The notes beneath the pieces are model-generated. The model was not told where the DNA came from, did no database searches, and saw only the letters and a program-made list of their open reading frames with translations. The position numbers and the translations under genes are program-made. A stretch of DNA of 62,753 bases, filler included, from Asterionella formosa (taxonomy: Eukaryota), in the NCBI GenBank assembly GCA_002256025.1. It is 6 parts of 6 records of this genome, joined end to end, with 100 filler letters (N's around TTAATTAATTAA, not from the genome) between each part and the next. Parts side by side here need not be neighbours in the genome. Positions count along the whole stretch, not along the records: positions 27,828 to 55,524 come from NKIB01001426.1; positions 55,625 to 57,332 come from NKIB01001431.1; positions 57,433 to 59,140 come from NKIB01001432.1; positions 59,241 to 60,947 come from NKIB01001433.1; positions 61,048 to 62,753 come from NKIB01001434.1; 1 more part is not named here. One strand, given 5' to 3'. Each line of letters begins with the position of its first letter. The stretch's first letter is position 1. This document shows positions 50,069-61,049 of this stretch, in pieces.

Positions 50069-52555
50069 ATGTCGGACGTAGTTCCTCCTCCATCTCATGA
50101 AGAGGAAAGCCTTCCTCAAGGATCGTCTTTGTCCATCATGACCGCCATTAAGCTGCTGACAGCATCCGCTCTTCTTGTCGGCACCGCGACGACGTTCACG
50201 AGCAACACTACGGATTCAAATTCCGCCATTCATCGAAAGCTCCTTCAAGTGGGCGATACGATCCCTTCGTACATGAACGACTTGATGCTGGAATTAAAGG
50301 AGCGAAAGAAACTCATGGAAGAAACACCCCCCGAGGAGGTCAAGTATTGGTTTGAATACACAGGCCCACTTCAGGTGAGTCACGACTCTGTTGTATGAAC
50401 TGCCCGTACTCGCGCGGAACTGGCTGGCTCGTTGCGGCGAAATGAGGATCACAATCATTATTCATAGTTCATCTGAAGTTCAAAGTCACCCTTTGCTTGA
50501 TGTCTACATTCCATCAGAATCGCTATCTGATTGCCGCAACTGTTTCTTTGGGGGGATCAGTCGTTTTCAACGACTGTTGTTTTACTCTGGCATGGGACTA
50601 TTCTAACTCCAATTTTTCGTTAATTTCCGGGACAGAAATACTTTTACCGATACTCTAAATCACGAGGAAAAGCAGACTCGTTTGAAGGCCGCGATGACTC
50701 TGGCGTCACTTCTTCTCGATTTACTGAGCAGTCTCTGGGTAGTAAGGAATTTCATGACTTTCTTTTGGACCCGGATGTCAAGGATGAGGAATTGTCGGCT
50801 CATGCACGCTTGTTGGAAAATTGCCTTTCCATGGGTTCACCAGCACGCCCAAAGATGGGCAAAGGAACGCTGTGGAATGAATGGTTCGGGAGAAAACAAG
50901 CGCCTTCAGCAGCGAGTATGGACCGATGCCGCATTCTATTCACTCTCAATATGGTTGGGGCTGGTCGGGGAACTACCATGTTGTGGGAGACAAATCCTCC
51001 TCAAATTCATGCACAGGGAGCCACTCCTTGGATATCGGAACAAGAAACAGCTGCAACTCATTTGGAACGAAATTTGAAGGAAATGGACGCCATGTGTGCG
51101 ACTGGACAAATCGCGGTCCGTGTACAAGTATTAGTGTGTGAGCCGATCCCTGCCAAGTGGACCGATTGGATGGATAGCATGCTAGTGAATTGTGGTGGCA
51201 AGCCGAATGCCATGGAACGCAAAGATAATGGATCGCCTTATGATTCTGGTGTCTTGGTAGAGGAACGGCCATCCCCTGTACAAGTAGTGGTGGTTGCGTC
51301 GGCAGCAACTGCCGATACCTGCCATGACTTGAAGAGTGGTTTCATGGAAAAAAGGATGCAAGATTTGATTCTCGCTCCTCCATTTCTAGCCAATGGAAAA
51401 ACGAAGATTACGAATCCCGCCATTAAAAATACTCACCCTGACTTGGTTAGCTCGGATGATCATGATTTATATATTGCCTTGAAGTGGTCCTCCATGGTAA
51501 CCGTCAGGGCCGTTCACGCTTTCTTGCAAGCGTCAGCTGATTTGGCTGCTGCTGCGGGATCACCCAAAAACAAATCACCGACCCAACCGGAGAAGAATGC
51601 AGATGGAAGCACAGCTGATATTTCAAGTGCACCTTCATCGCCGTTTTTGATCCCTTCCTTTGTGCGTGTATCATACGTGAGCGAAGAAAACTCAAAAGTG
51701 GCCAAATGGAGAATGCATGGTGATTTCTTTCACCCAGCTGCGTGGGAAGTTTGTAAAGATTCCTTCGACGTAACGTGGATTCCTAACTCGCTGTCAGGCT
51801 CTGGTGGTGTCAACGGTATTTGTTATGCTCAAGGTGTGGTGTCGGCCTCTCGCAAACTGAAGCAAGGCGAAGAATGCGGACAATGGTGGGTTTATTTTTC
51901 CGAAGAGCAAATGCCAACAACTCCCGAAGTCCATGCCAATGAAGTGACGACACCCTTAGTTCTGGGTGGATCCAACTATATTTGGATGTTGACGGAGCGT
52001 CATCGACGTGAGATTGTCAAGCAAAAGATTTGCCAACGCGATGGAAATATGTCTTGTCCCGAGTCTCCTCAAGCAGTGATTCCGCTGGGCAACTTAGAGT
52101 CCTTTCTTATTAACTTTACTCCTAACACTGCCCTTGGCAAGATACACGTGAAAGGTCGCCGTCCTGGGTATTCCCGTGAAAAGGAACGTGAGTTGGACCG
52201 CCAAAAGGTTCGCGAACGTAAGCAACTTAAGGATCAAGAAGATATTGAAAAGGCGCTATTTGACTACACGATTTACCCAGCTGCTTTGTTCCACAAGGAT
52301 GCAACAATCAAGGCGGCCCGTTCTCGTGACTTGGTCTTGACGAAGAATCGAAATGAGGAAGCGATTGGTCCACAGACTGTCAAGTCAAGTTATTACGATG
52401 TCACCATCACCAAGCCACGAGAGCCGACTTCTGCTTGGTGCCAATCCATTGCACGCAAAGGACTTTGTGTCTTGTACGGTGACTATTTCCGAACAGGCTC
52501 TGACGACCGCTGCATGGAAGCATGTGGTATGAAGAAGAATTGGTCGCCTTTGTAA
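50069..52555 (+). CDS. Uncharacterised protein with an N-terminal signal anchor (2 exons; intron 50375-50635)
   Basis: Exon 1 (...IKLLTASALLVGTA...YWFEYTGPLQ) splices GT..AG in frame with the 596-aa ORF, giving ~740 aa. No family recognised. Confidence 0.75.
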
Positions 52556-52811
52556 AAAGTACTCAAAAGCAATGTATAGTAGAGTTGGGGTAAGCTGATC
52601 GTGCGAGAGCGATCTCAAAAGGTTATAATAAAATTCGTAATAAGATGTCCTCGACAGTTGCGTTGTTTTGGTGCACACATGTTAAAAAAGTACTGCATCC
52701 TCTAAGGAATTATACTAATGCACTGTAATTACCGATAGTTCGCTATATCATGATGCCAATCATCCCTTTATTAGCGCGCATCGATCATCACCAATACAAC
52801 CAATGGTTGGG

Positions 52812-53015
52812 CTACTTCCAAACGCCAAACCAACTGTTCTTATCAGGAGTCTCAGCATTCGAGTTTTTGTTTTTATCATCATTACATGGAGTTCCGGCTT
52901 TCCAATTTGGACAGCGGTCGTCTTCTTTGATTCCTGCCAATGCGCTTTGAATGTGCATTCCACAGCCTGCCCATGTTGCCTTTCCACAGTGACTGCAATT
53001 GACTTTGCGACACAT
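52812..53015 (-). CDS. Small (67-aa) Cys/His putative metal-binding protein
   Basis: MCRKVNCSHCGKATWAGCGMHIQSAL...RC: the C-x4-CxxCGK.TW.GCG.H pattern that I recognise from uncharacterised fungal and actinobacterial small proteins. Confidence 0.75.
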   Translation of the reverse strand: MCRKVNCSHCGKATWAGCGMHIQSALAGIKEDDRCPNWKAGTPCNDDKNKNSNAETPDKNSWFGVWK

Positions 53016-53538
53016 TTTTTGATATCCTATATGAGATGTTTGGTAAGGTAGTAAATAATAATAAAATACGAACCAACGAGAGGTACAGAACAACAGAGGA
53101 AAGCAAGCAAAACAACCGGTGGTGTAAGGAGTGGAAAAATGACAAAACAAAAGCAGTCGTAAGTAATAATAGTAATAATGATAGAAAGTAATGATATTCG
53201 AGGTGTCTTTTGCGAACCACAACTGCGAACAGCCAAGAAGGAACAACTTGTGCGTGCGTGTACGTTAGAAATATTCATAGTCCTGATTTTAGTAATATAT
53301 GATATTCATACATATATATCAAATGTTGTCCAGCTAAAAAAATGGATCAAGAAGAAACATCGTCACCAAAATCAAAGCGGCAAGTAAGGAAAAAGGAACA
53401 ACATCGGCCACTCTTCTGCACTTTAGGGTTTGCACACTCTGTGCTGCTTCTGCTGAGGACAGTCTCGTTGATCAACAGACAACCATCCAACATATACATA
53501 AGGTCGAATCGACAGGGTAAAATAACCTTAATCACACA

Positions 53539-54687
53539 ATGAGGGACTCACGAAGAAAGTATCATCAATTGGCATCCAACATGTTTACCTTGTCAAATCC
53601 TTTCCTCAGAAGAATCTTGATGCAACGTCCGATACGCAACAACAGCAACAGCACTGGCTCTACAGGGCAAGTGCTAGTGTCCAAATCAACTGCAACAACA
53701 GCAATAACAGATCTTGACAAGGATTCCACTCGCCACCTCGTCGAACGCCTCTTGACCGAGACACGGCAACTCATGGACAGTGAGAACGATAGTAGCAGCA
53801 TCAATAGCAGTACTACTGCAAGGATGAAAACACATCATGTGGTAGCCTTTTCTGGCGGTGTGGACTCATCGTTGGTATTGCAATTACTTGTAATGGTTGC
53901 TGCTACAAGACCCACCAGCACAGCAGATACCATTATTCAACCCATACTAGGAGTATCTCCAGCAGTCTCTCAAGAACAATTGGAACAAGCACACACTGTG
54001 GCAGCTCATATTGGCGTTGATTTACTTACAGTCCCAACCCAGGAAGGTTCGGATGCCACTTATATTGAAAATACAGGTCAAGCATGCTTTGTCTGTAAAA
54101 CACACTTGTATTCCTCCCTCAATGCCATTATGAATCATATTACAAATTTGGAAAACAACAACGACAACAACAGTAGTAGTTCTACAACAACAACAACACG
54201 TCGATTATTGTACAATGGTACAAATGCAGATGATACAAAAGATCCAACACGTGTTGGACTCCTTGCAGCACGAAATTTTTCTGTTCATTCACCATTGATT
54301 CATAGTACTAAACAACAAGTCCGACTAGCGGCACAATATTTGGGATTGCCCAATTATAATACGGCGGCATCACCATGCTTACGATCACGATTGGCATTGG
54401 GAGTTCCGGCAACTGTGGTACATTTGACTATGTTGCAACAAGCAGAACGACAAGTACGAATGGACTTGAACCTATCTCATCAAGTCAATATGAGAGTACG
54501 AATGTTACATCAAGGTCGTGCTCGTATTGAACTAGATGCCATGCTCTTGGATCTTGCCATACCATGGATGGAGGTGTGGACACAACAATTTACAACTTTG
54601 GGATTTTCTTCTGTATCTCTAGCACCCTTTCAAACTGGATCTGTGTCGACAATGAAACATGTCCCAGCACAAGGGACAGTAATGTAG
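53539..54687 (+). CDS. larE: LarE-like ATP-dependent sulfur insertase (PP-loop)
   Basis: VAFSGGVDS PP-loop, Y.EN...ACFVCK, NGTNADD..D..R.G..AA, SPL...K..VR..A..LGLP, ASPCLRSR, AE, RVR and RIE motifs; an N-terminal extension could be a targeting peptide. Confidence 0.8.
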   Translation: MRDSRRKYHQLASNMFTLSNPFLRRILMQRPIRNNSNSTGSTGQVLVSKSTATTAITDLDKDSTRHLVERLLTETRQLMDSENDSSSINSSTTARMKTHHVVAFSGGVDSSLVLQLLVMVAATRPTSTADTIIQPILGVSPAVSQEQLEQAHTVAAHIGVDLLTVPTQEGSDATYIENTGQACFVCKTHLYSSLNAIMNHITNLENNNDNNSSSSTTTTTRRLLYNGTNADDTKDPTRVGLLAARNFSVHSPLIHSTKQQVRLAAQYLGLPNYNTAASPCLRSRLALGVPATVVHLTMLQQAERQVRMDLNLSHQVNMRVRMLHQGRARIELDAMLLDLAIPWMEVWTQQFTTLGFSSVSLAPFQTGSVSTMKHVPAQGTVM

Positions 54688-55624
54688 TGCACTAAAATCA
54701 TATCATGTCAAGCAATCACGTAAAGAGTTTATTTTGTAAACAGATAGATATTGCCTAACGTATAAATATCATCAACACTACACTACTGCAATTCCAAAGG
54801 AGTCCAATGTTAAATAGTGATATAGTAAAATCATGCACCACAAATACTTGTGATTTCTATATCTGTAGAGGAATGCCACTACTACTCTCCCATTGGCACT
54901 GTAATTTTAAACATTTTCTCTACCAATTCAAACTACTAGAGGCTGATGATGGCGTGATCCCCTCTGTGACAACCAAAGCTCTCAAGAAGAATCCGGTTGC
55001 CATGGACATTCCAATGAACAATCCCACAGCCAGTGCCATTATCAAGTCTTGCTACAATCACAATCTTTCAATCCAAAAATCCTGTTGTGGTTTTTACTTC
55101 CACCACAAAGGAAACAGCATCCAGCATTTCTGGTAAACTACATGGGAACATGGAATGGAAGACAGTCTTTATAACTTATCTAAACTAGATTCGACTAATA
55201 GTCCCAATGTGCTTGAACTGTGCTTATCCAGGGTAGTGAAACCAAGAGTAATGAAAAGCCAACACGAAGAAAGGAGTATCAGGTGCTTCTGCCTGGTGCC
55301 ACAATGCCAAATGTGAAAAATACATTATTTGTATGTATATAAGAACCATGTAGCTATGTATGTATGCATGTATCTCTGTGTGTGGGTTTGCGGAAGTATG
55401 CATCTCTTTACATCATCCAATACACACAAGCTGTCTCATTGCCTTTGTTTAGACCATCATCCAATTGATCCTCCCAATTTGTTGCAAAAGTGTCCAAGTT
55501 AGTGCTCAATACAGAATGCCCCTTNNNNNNNNNNNNNNNNNNNNNNNNNNNNNNNNNNNNNNNNNNNNTTAATTAATTAANNNNNNNNNNNNNNNNNNNN
55601 NNNNNNNNNNNNNNNNNNNNNNNN

Positions 55625-57332
55625 TGATCCGCATCCACAAAACAGTGAGTAGTTACAACATTACCTCTGGGCTCGGGTGCGTCCCCTGGAATAGACTCCT
55701 GCGCTCCCCTGTAAAAGTCGTGCCAATCGCATTTAACAAACCTGGATTCGTCTATATCGGGGTGTGTCAGATCAAAGATCAATGTCCTCTTAGGTTTCGC
55801 TTTCAAATATCCGAACATATGATATACCTGCTGTAAGTGTCCGCTTCTCGGCAATGCTAGGTGAGTAGATAACATAGAAACCTTCATAGCAATGTCTATT
55901 TGTCCAAGCTCCACTGCCCAGCGGAGCACGCCGATCAGTTCCTGGTAGTATCTCACGCCTTCAATCTTGAGTTCGGCAGAGGTACCCAGTTCCGGTCTAT
56001 AATTCCCCTGCAATGGGGTAGTGCACCTCGTCGGAAGCCGCTGACCCGACTCGTCGAGTTTGAACTCTATTTTGGCGATGGTTGCCTTGACATACTGCTC
56101 CGAAGTCATGGCCCAACACTCAACTCCACCGACTATTTTCTGCATTACCTGGGCTCCCAGGTAATTTTCCGGCTTTTCGCCTTACGCCGAAAGTTTTCGC
56201 CCATTTTGATGTCGAACACGAAATGGCACCTTATCTTTTGGTACCCTGGCGGAAGGTCTCCCTCTCGCTTTTCCCACTTTTCGAATGCCGGTCGCATGTT
56301 TTTCATTGCCTTGCAGATGGCGTCCCACCATAATGTGTTACCATTGGCTTTATCAATCGCGAACGCCTCTTCGACGGACTTCGGTATCCGTATACCGTAT
56401 TTGTGAGTTCGCTGCCAATACTGAGACTTTACCTTTGCTAGGACTCGGTCCCGTTTCTTTAGAAGAGTCGGCACCCACCACGCGAACGCCGCCTCGTCAT
56501 CAATACGATTAGCAATTGAGTACTCCGCCACCTGTATGGGATACGATTGCTTCATATCCTTAAGTGCGACCCAAGTGGTACTCCTGTCCCTCCATTGGCA
56601 TAGGAGTTGCCACCCTTGAGTCGTCTGTCTCCGCCGCTTGACACCGTTAGACATTGTAATGAACGCATCCTCTTTGTCGAGTGCCGTCGCATTCCGCCTA
56701 TGATCGATAATGTCGTCGAGAAGTATGTGTCGTGCGCCCTCCTCGTCTATCTGTGAAAACAAATTCTGAGCAATAAGGTTAGAGGACAATGCCTCTGAGA
56801 GTCCGTCCAAGAACTCGACCTCATACTCTATTGTGTCAAGCAAAGGATTTTCGTCAGCCTTGCCGATAGGTCTACCATCGGCGTCGCGCAATCTCTTGGT
56901 GACTCTGCCAAATTGAACACCGTCGTTGTCATCTCCAGCGCCCCTCGCTATCGCTATCTCTTTGTTGAGGTATGTATTCTCGAAAAAATCGGGCGTGAAG
57001 GTGTCATCGGCATCTGGTATTTGGTGATCGCTCACAACATGACATTGTTTATCTCTTCGCCGAATGCTGAATCGTCCTGTAGATCCGTGTATTCATCCCA
57101 ATCCTGCAATTGTCACTCCTCCTTGTCGCCTGCATTTTGGTGGTCGTTGTCATGCATGATCTCGTTTATCCTCTCATTGTACTCCTTGCATCTGTCTTTG
57201 ACTTTGCTAGTTGTTAGTTCAAGGTGAGTGATATGCTGCACTGTAGTGCGTGAGATAACGCGACAAGCAATGGTTAGAATCCAATACGACATTAGGTTAC
57301 CGACTTGGTGAGACACACCAAGCCAGCGCCCG
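55625..57332 (-). mobile_element. Ty1/copia (CoDi-like) pol fragment with the RT core deleted
   Basis: GRWLGVSHQVG..MSYWIL; YEVEF.DG..NLIAQNLFSQ; THKYGIRIPKSVEEA..ID..NGNTLW; CHFVFDIKM..FRRKA; YQELIGVLRWAVELG.IDI; start of RNase H at FVDAD. Confidence 0.92.
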
Positions 57333-58139
57333 NNNNNNNNNNNNNNNNNNNNNNNNNNNNNNNNNNNNNNNNNNNNTTAATTAATTAANNNNNNNNNNNN
57401 NNNNNNNNNNNNNNNNNNNNNNNNNNNNNNNNACGCCGATTACTGGTACAGCCGCCACAAAAAAAACGCTAGTCAAATATGATCACCCAAATTAATTATT
57501 TGGGTGGCCCAATATGACGAATTTAGCTACGTACATAATTTAAGGGTATGACATCACAAAAAAATATGATGCATCATACAATATATATGGACGGAGTGAA
57601 CTAAAATAGTTTCGACAACTTCCATAATTATTTTAGAAACCCACATAATTTTTGGGGCCAACTGACAATATTTTCTTGCGACACGAAAAAAAATTTGTTC
57701 AGTAATAATCTCTATAATACGGTACTTTTCTCGACAATTCGCAACATTTCCGTTCACAAATATTCTTCACTCTGACTACCATTAATTCTGTTAGTTTGCT
57801 CCCATTTTATCTTTACTTTGATCACATTAATACCTCAAGGTTAAACAAATATATATGCTAGTCAAAAAAATAATTATGTGTAACCAATTCACTCTTTCAA
57901 TTTCATTCTACAATCGCAAAATCAATCAAATTAATCGCTTCGCTATATAGTAGTTTATATTGATACTTTCTATAGAACGTGATTCTCAAACCAATACGAC
58001 AAGCAATGGATGTTCATTCTTGCAGCTGGATGCTGTAACGACTCACAAGATTGCCTGGCTACTCATACTTGCAGGAGTCCCTGTTGCTAGTATCAGTAGA
58101 TCAATTCATAGCAAATGAGCCGGCTGCTCATTCTCATTG

Positions 58140-58845
58140 CTCAGAATGATTGTCTGCTGTAGAAACAAGAGGGCAACAGCATTTGCAGAGTGAGTTGATG
58201 AGATAGCAAAAGTTGCGAGGCCATGATTTCGGTTCTGTTTGCTCCTTACCATGTTCCCCAATGTCCAACCCAGCCCTCATCAAATTGATTGTCTGCAATC
58301 AGTGAACAACGGTCGCAGAGTGAGTTCATGGACGAACAATTTTTACAAAGGCATCGTTCTTGTTGTGCTTACCATGCCGCCTGATTCCCAACAAATCCCT
58401 TTCTCAACAGATTGATTGTCTGTAGACAACAAACAGCGTTTGCAGAGTAAGTTCGTGATCAACAATTAGTAACAAGCACAAAATCAAGCCCTTCTTCTAA
58501 TTCATTACAAATAGGCAATGCCTGCGCTAACAATTCCGAACAAAAACGAAGGAGAATAGGAGAGGAGATCTGCCCACAACAAGCAACAGCAAACAATATC
58601 AGCAGAAGGCAAGAAAACATTGCACTTGCTTACCATGTATACAGTTGTCCCCTATGCACCAGAGGAATCCTTTCAACAATGTAAATAACAAATGATTGAT
58701 AGCCTGCCTGACACAGGATAGCCATCCTGACACAGGCAGAGCACGACGCATTTCATTATTCCCAAGGTTCAACCCTGCCCTGCCAAAAACAGATTGATTG
58801 TCTGTAGAAAAAGAAAAAGGTTCGCAGAGTATGTTCATGACTGAC
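58140..58845. repeat. Degenerate repeated motif, four copies, three spaced ~130 bp apart
   Basis: gattgtctg(t)aga...aaca...cgcagagt.agttcatg recurs at ~58148, 58287, 58414 and 58796. Confidence 0.65.
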
Positions 58846-59942
58846 CACTTTTCCAATTCCAAACGGCACAAGTAAGAGGAAGAACGAAATGGAGGTAAGG
58901 GAACTACAACAGCAATCAAACATATTTCCAAACACAAGACGAAGAAAACGAGCGACGGTGCAGAGCAACAACAAAAAGAACAACAGCAATGTGACAAAAG
59001 ACCTGTTTCCATTTCCCAAAATTTTAACTGCTTACCATAATTTCTCGAACTTTCAGATGCATCCTTTCTGTGATGACACCAAGCAAGGAGAAACAAAAAA
59101 TGCCTGCCTGTTTCTTCCAGAGGAACCGGCCCACAACAGANNNNNNNNNNNNNNNNNNNNNNNNNNNNNNNNNNNNNNNNNNNNTTAATTAATTAANNNN
59201 NNNNNNNNNNNNNNNNNNNNNNNNNNNNNNNNNNNNNNNNAAGTCATTATATACATTATACATCATTTCATATATGTATCACAATCACCACACACACCAG
59301 ACCAGCACAACACCCTAGCTCAGCAAGCAGCAATGATAGCCCGCCCTCAACCAAAATTATGATTGGCTACGCAAATAGCACATCTCGTTTTAGCAGCAAA
59401 ATCGTGATTTGAATCTTTTGCTGATAAAATATTTGCCTCTTTTCCAGGTTTTTTCATCAGAAAAGAGATGCTCGGATACTTTTTGACGTCATATCCTCGG
59501 GTTTATCAGAATTGTGTTTTTTAGAAATAATTTTTTTTAATCAGCCCTACATAAGGTAATGAACCTGATTTAATGAAATTACTGTACAGTAGTTGTATAT
59601 CATGGGTGGAAATTTGCGGAAATATTATATCATTCTCGTGTTGAAAACATGATTATGGTGTTGACGTTGACTCCAAGGTAATTCAAGAAAACCTCTCACA
59701 GGAGCGAGGCAACGGTATGCTTCTGGGAGAAGCAGCCAGAACAAATACAATTCGAGCTCAGAGTATATAGGCAACGGGAACAAATGTCACGAGGAATTGT
59801 ATACGACGGAAATAGCACTAACACTAACAGCTGTATGGTTTTCGCAGGAGTTATCACTTAGATCTGTTGATACATGCTATGAGAAATTGTTGCTTTTGTT
59901 TTCATGTCAACATGAATAAATCAATGGGATGCGTACCTACTG

Positions 59943-60758
59943 TCAAGGGTCGCGTCCCATTGATCCCATACATGCTGTCTGCTCCCATTTAGTCATTTCC
60001 AAATTGGCTTTGGCGTAGGCTTCATTGGCGGTTTCGGTGGCTTTCCGCAAGGTTGACCGCTACGTCGACAACAGGTAAGATTTGAAAGCAAACCAGGCAG
60101 CATGAGAGCACATTTTACTACTTACCTTTGTCAGAGCCGCCTTTATCATCACTGCAAGACTGGATACTTCCTCGTCTTCGCTCTCTTCTCTAAGGTCAGA
60201 TGCTTGAGCGAGTTGCCACAGTCTTTCAGCTTCATGGGCTTGCTTCGTTTCCTCCATGTCCATTTTGGTGGTCATATTTTTGAGAAAATCCAATTTCTTT
60301 TCGCGTCTCTTGGTCTCATGTTGCCGATTTTGTATTCGTCTCTCCAAAGACTTCTGATATATGTGTTGCTGCGTCTGATGGATAGCATAGACGTCGTAAA
60401 TTGTGCGTTTCCAAATACCTTCCATCTCAGAAGCATCCGCAATTCTGATTTTTGCGTTTTCCTTGTCCTGTTCAATCCGTTCCTCGCTTGCTTTGACCTG
60501 GTCACGAATATTAAATAGCTCGATTTCTATTCCGTGTCGGCTTCGCACCTCAGTCAGTAGCTTCCGCCTCATCTCAGCATTGGTCACCTGCTCCTGCCGA
60601 AGAATTCCTTCCTGGCGATGCAACTCCAATTGTGCAATATCCCGGATGCCCCGCTGCGAGGCAAGCTGCAATGCACGTTCTTGAATACGGGATGCGACAG
60701 TCAAGATGTCGCTTGAGGTTTGGGCGCAATCAAAAGAGCTCATTGTCGTCAAGGACAT
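59943..60758 (-). CDS. Uncharacterised coiled-coil protein (intron 60060-60125)
   Basis: E/Q/R/K-rich helical ORF; the GTAAG..TAG intron continues into RSTLRKATETANEAYAKANLEMTKWEQ...*. Start codon uncertain. Confidence 0.7.
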
Positions 60759-61049
60759 GGAACCGAACACATGGAATTAGAAAGAACAAGAAAGATACCG
60801 AGTAACGGCGGGAAAAAGTTGTCACATAGTAGAATATAACAATGTACGGACTACCAATACATGTTCGTGCTTTCGAAGATTAGCTTTACTTTATACGTAT
60901 CATTGTAAAAAATGTGCACGAAAATTATATTTCATTTATTTTATGTTNNNNNNNNNNNNNNNNNNNNNNNNNNNNNNNNNNNNNNNNNNNNTTAATTAAT
61001 TAANNNNNNNNNNNNNNNNNNNNNNNNNNNNNNNNNNNNNNNNNNNNTT

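Noticed and set aside
32574..54687. Contig-wide metal-homeostasis cluster (repeat protein, TerC, metallophosphoesterase, LarE)
   Set aside because: Interspersed with unrelated housekeeping genes and TEs; metal dependence alone is too common to imply clustering.
54800..55500. Possible membrane-protein gene fragment on the minus strand
   Set aside because: Only a short hydrophobic stretch among stops; unsupported.
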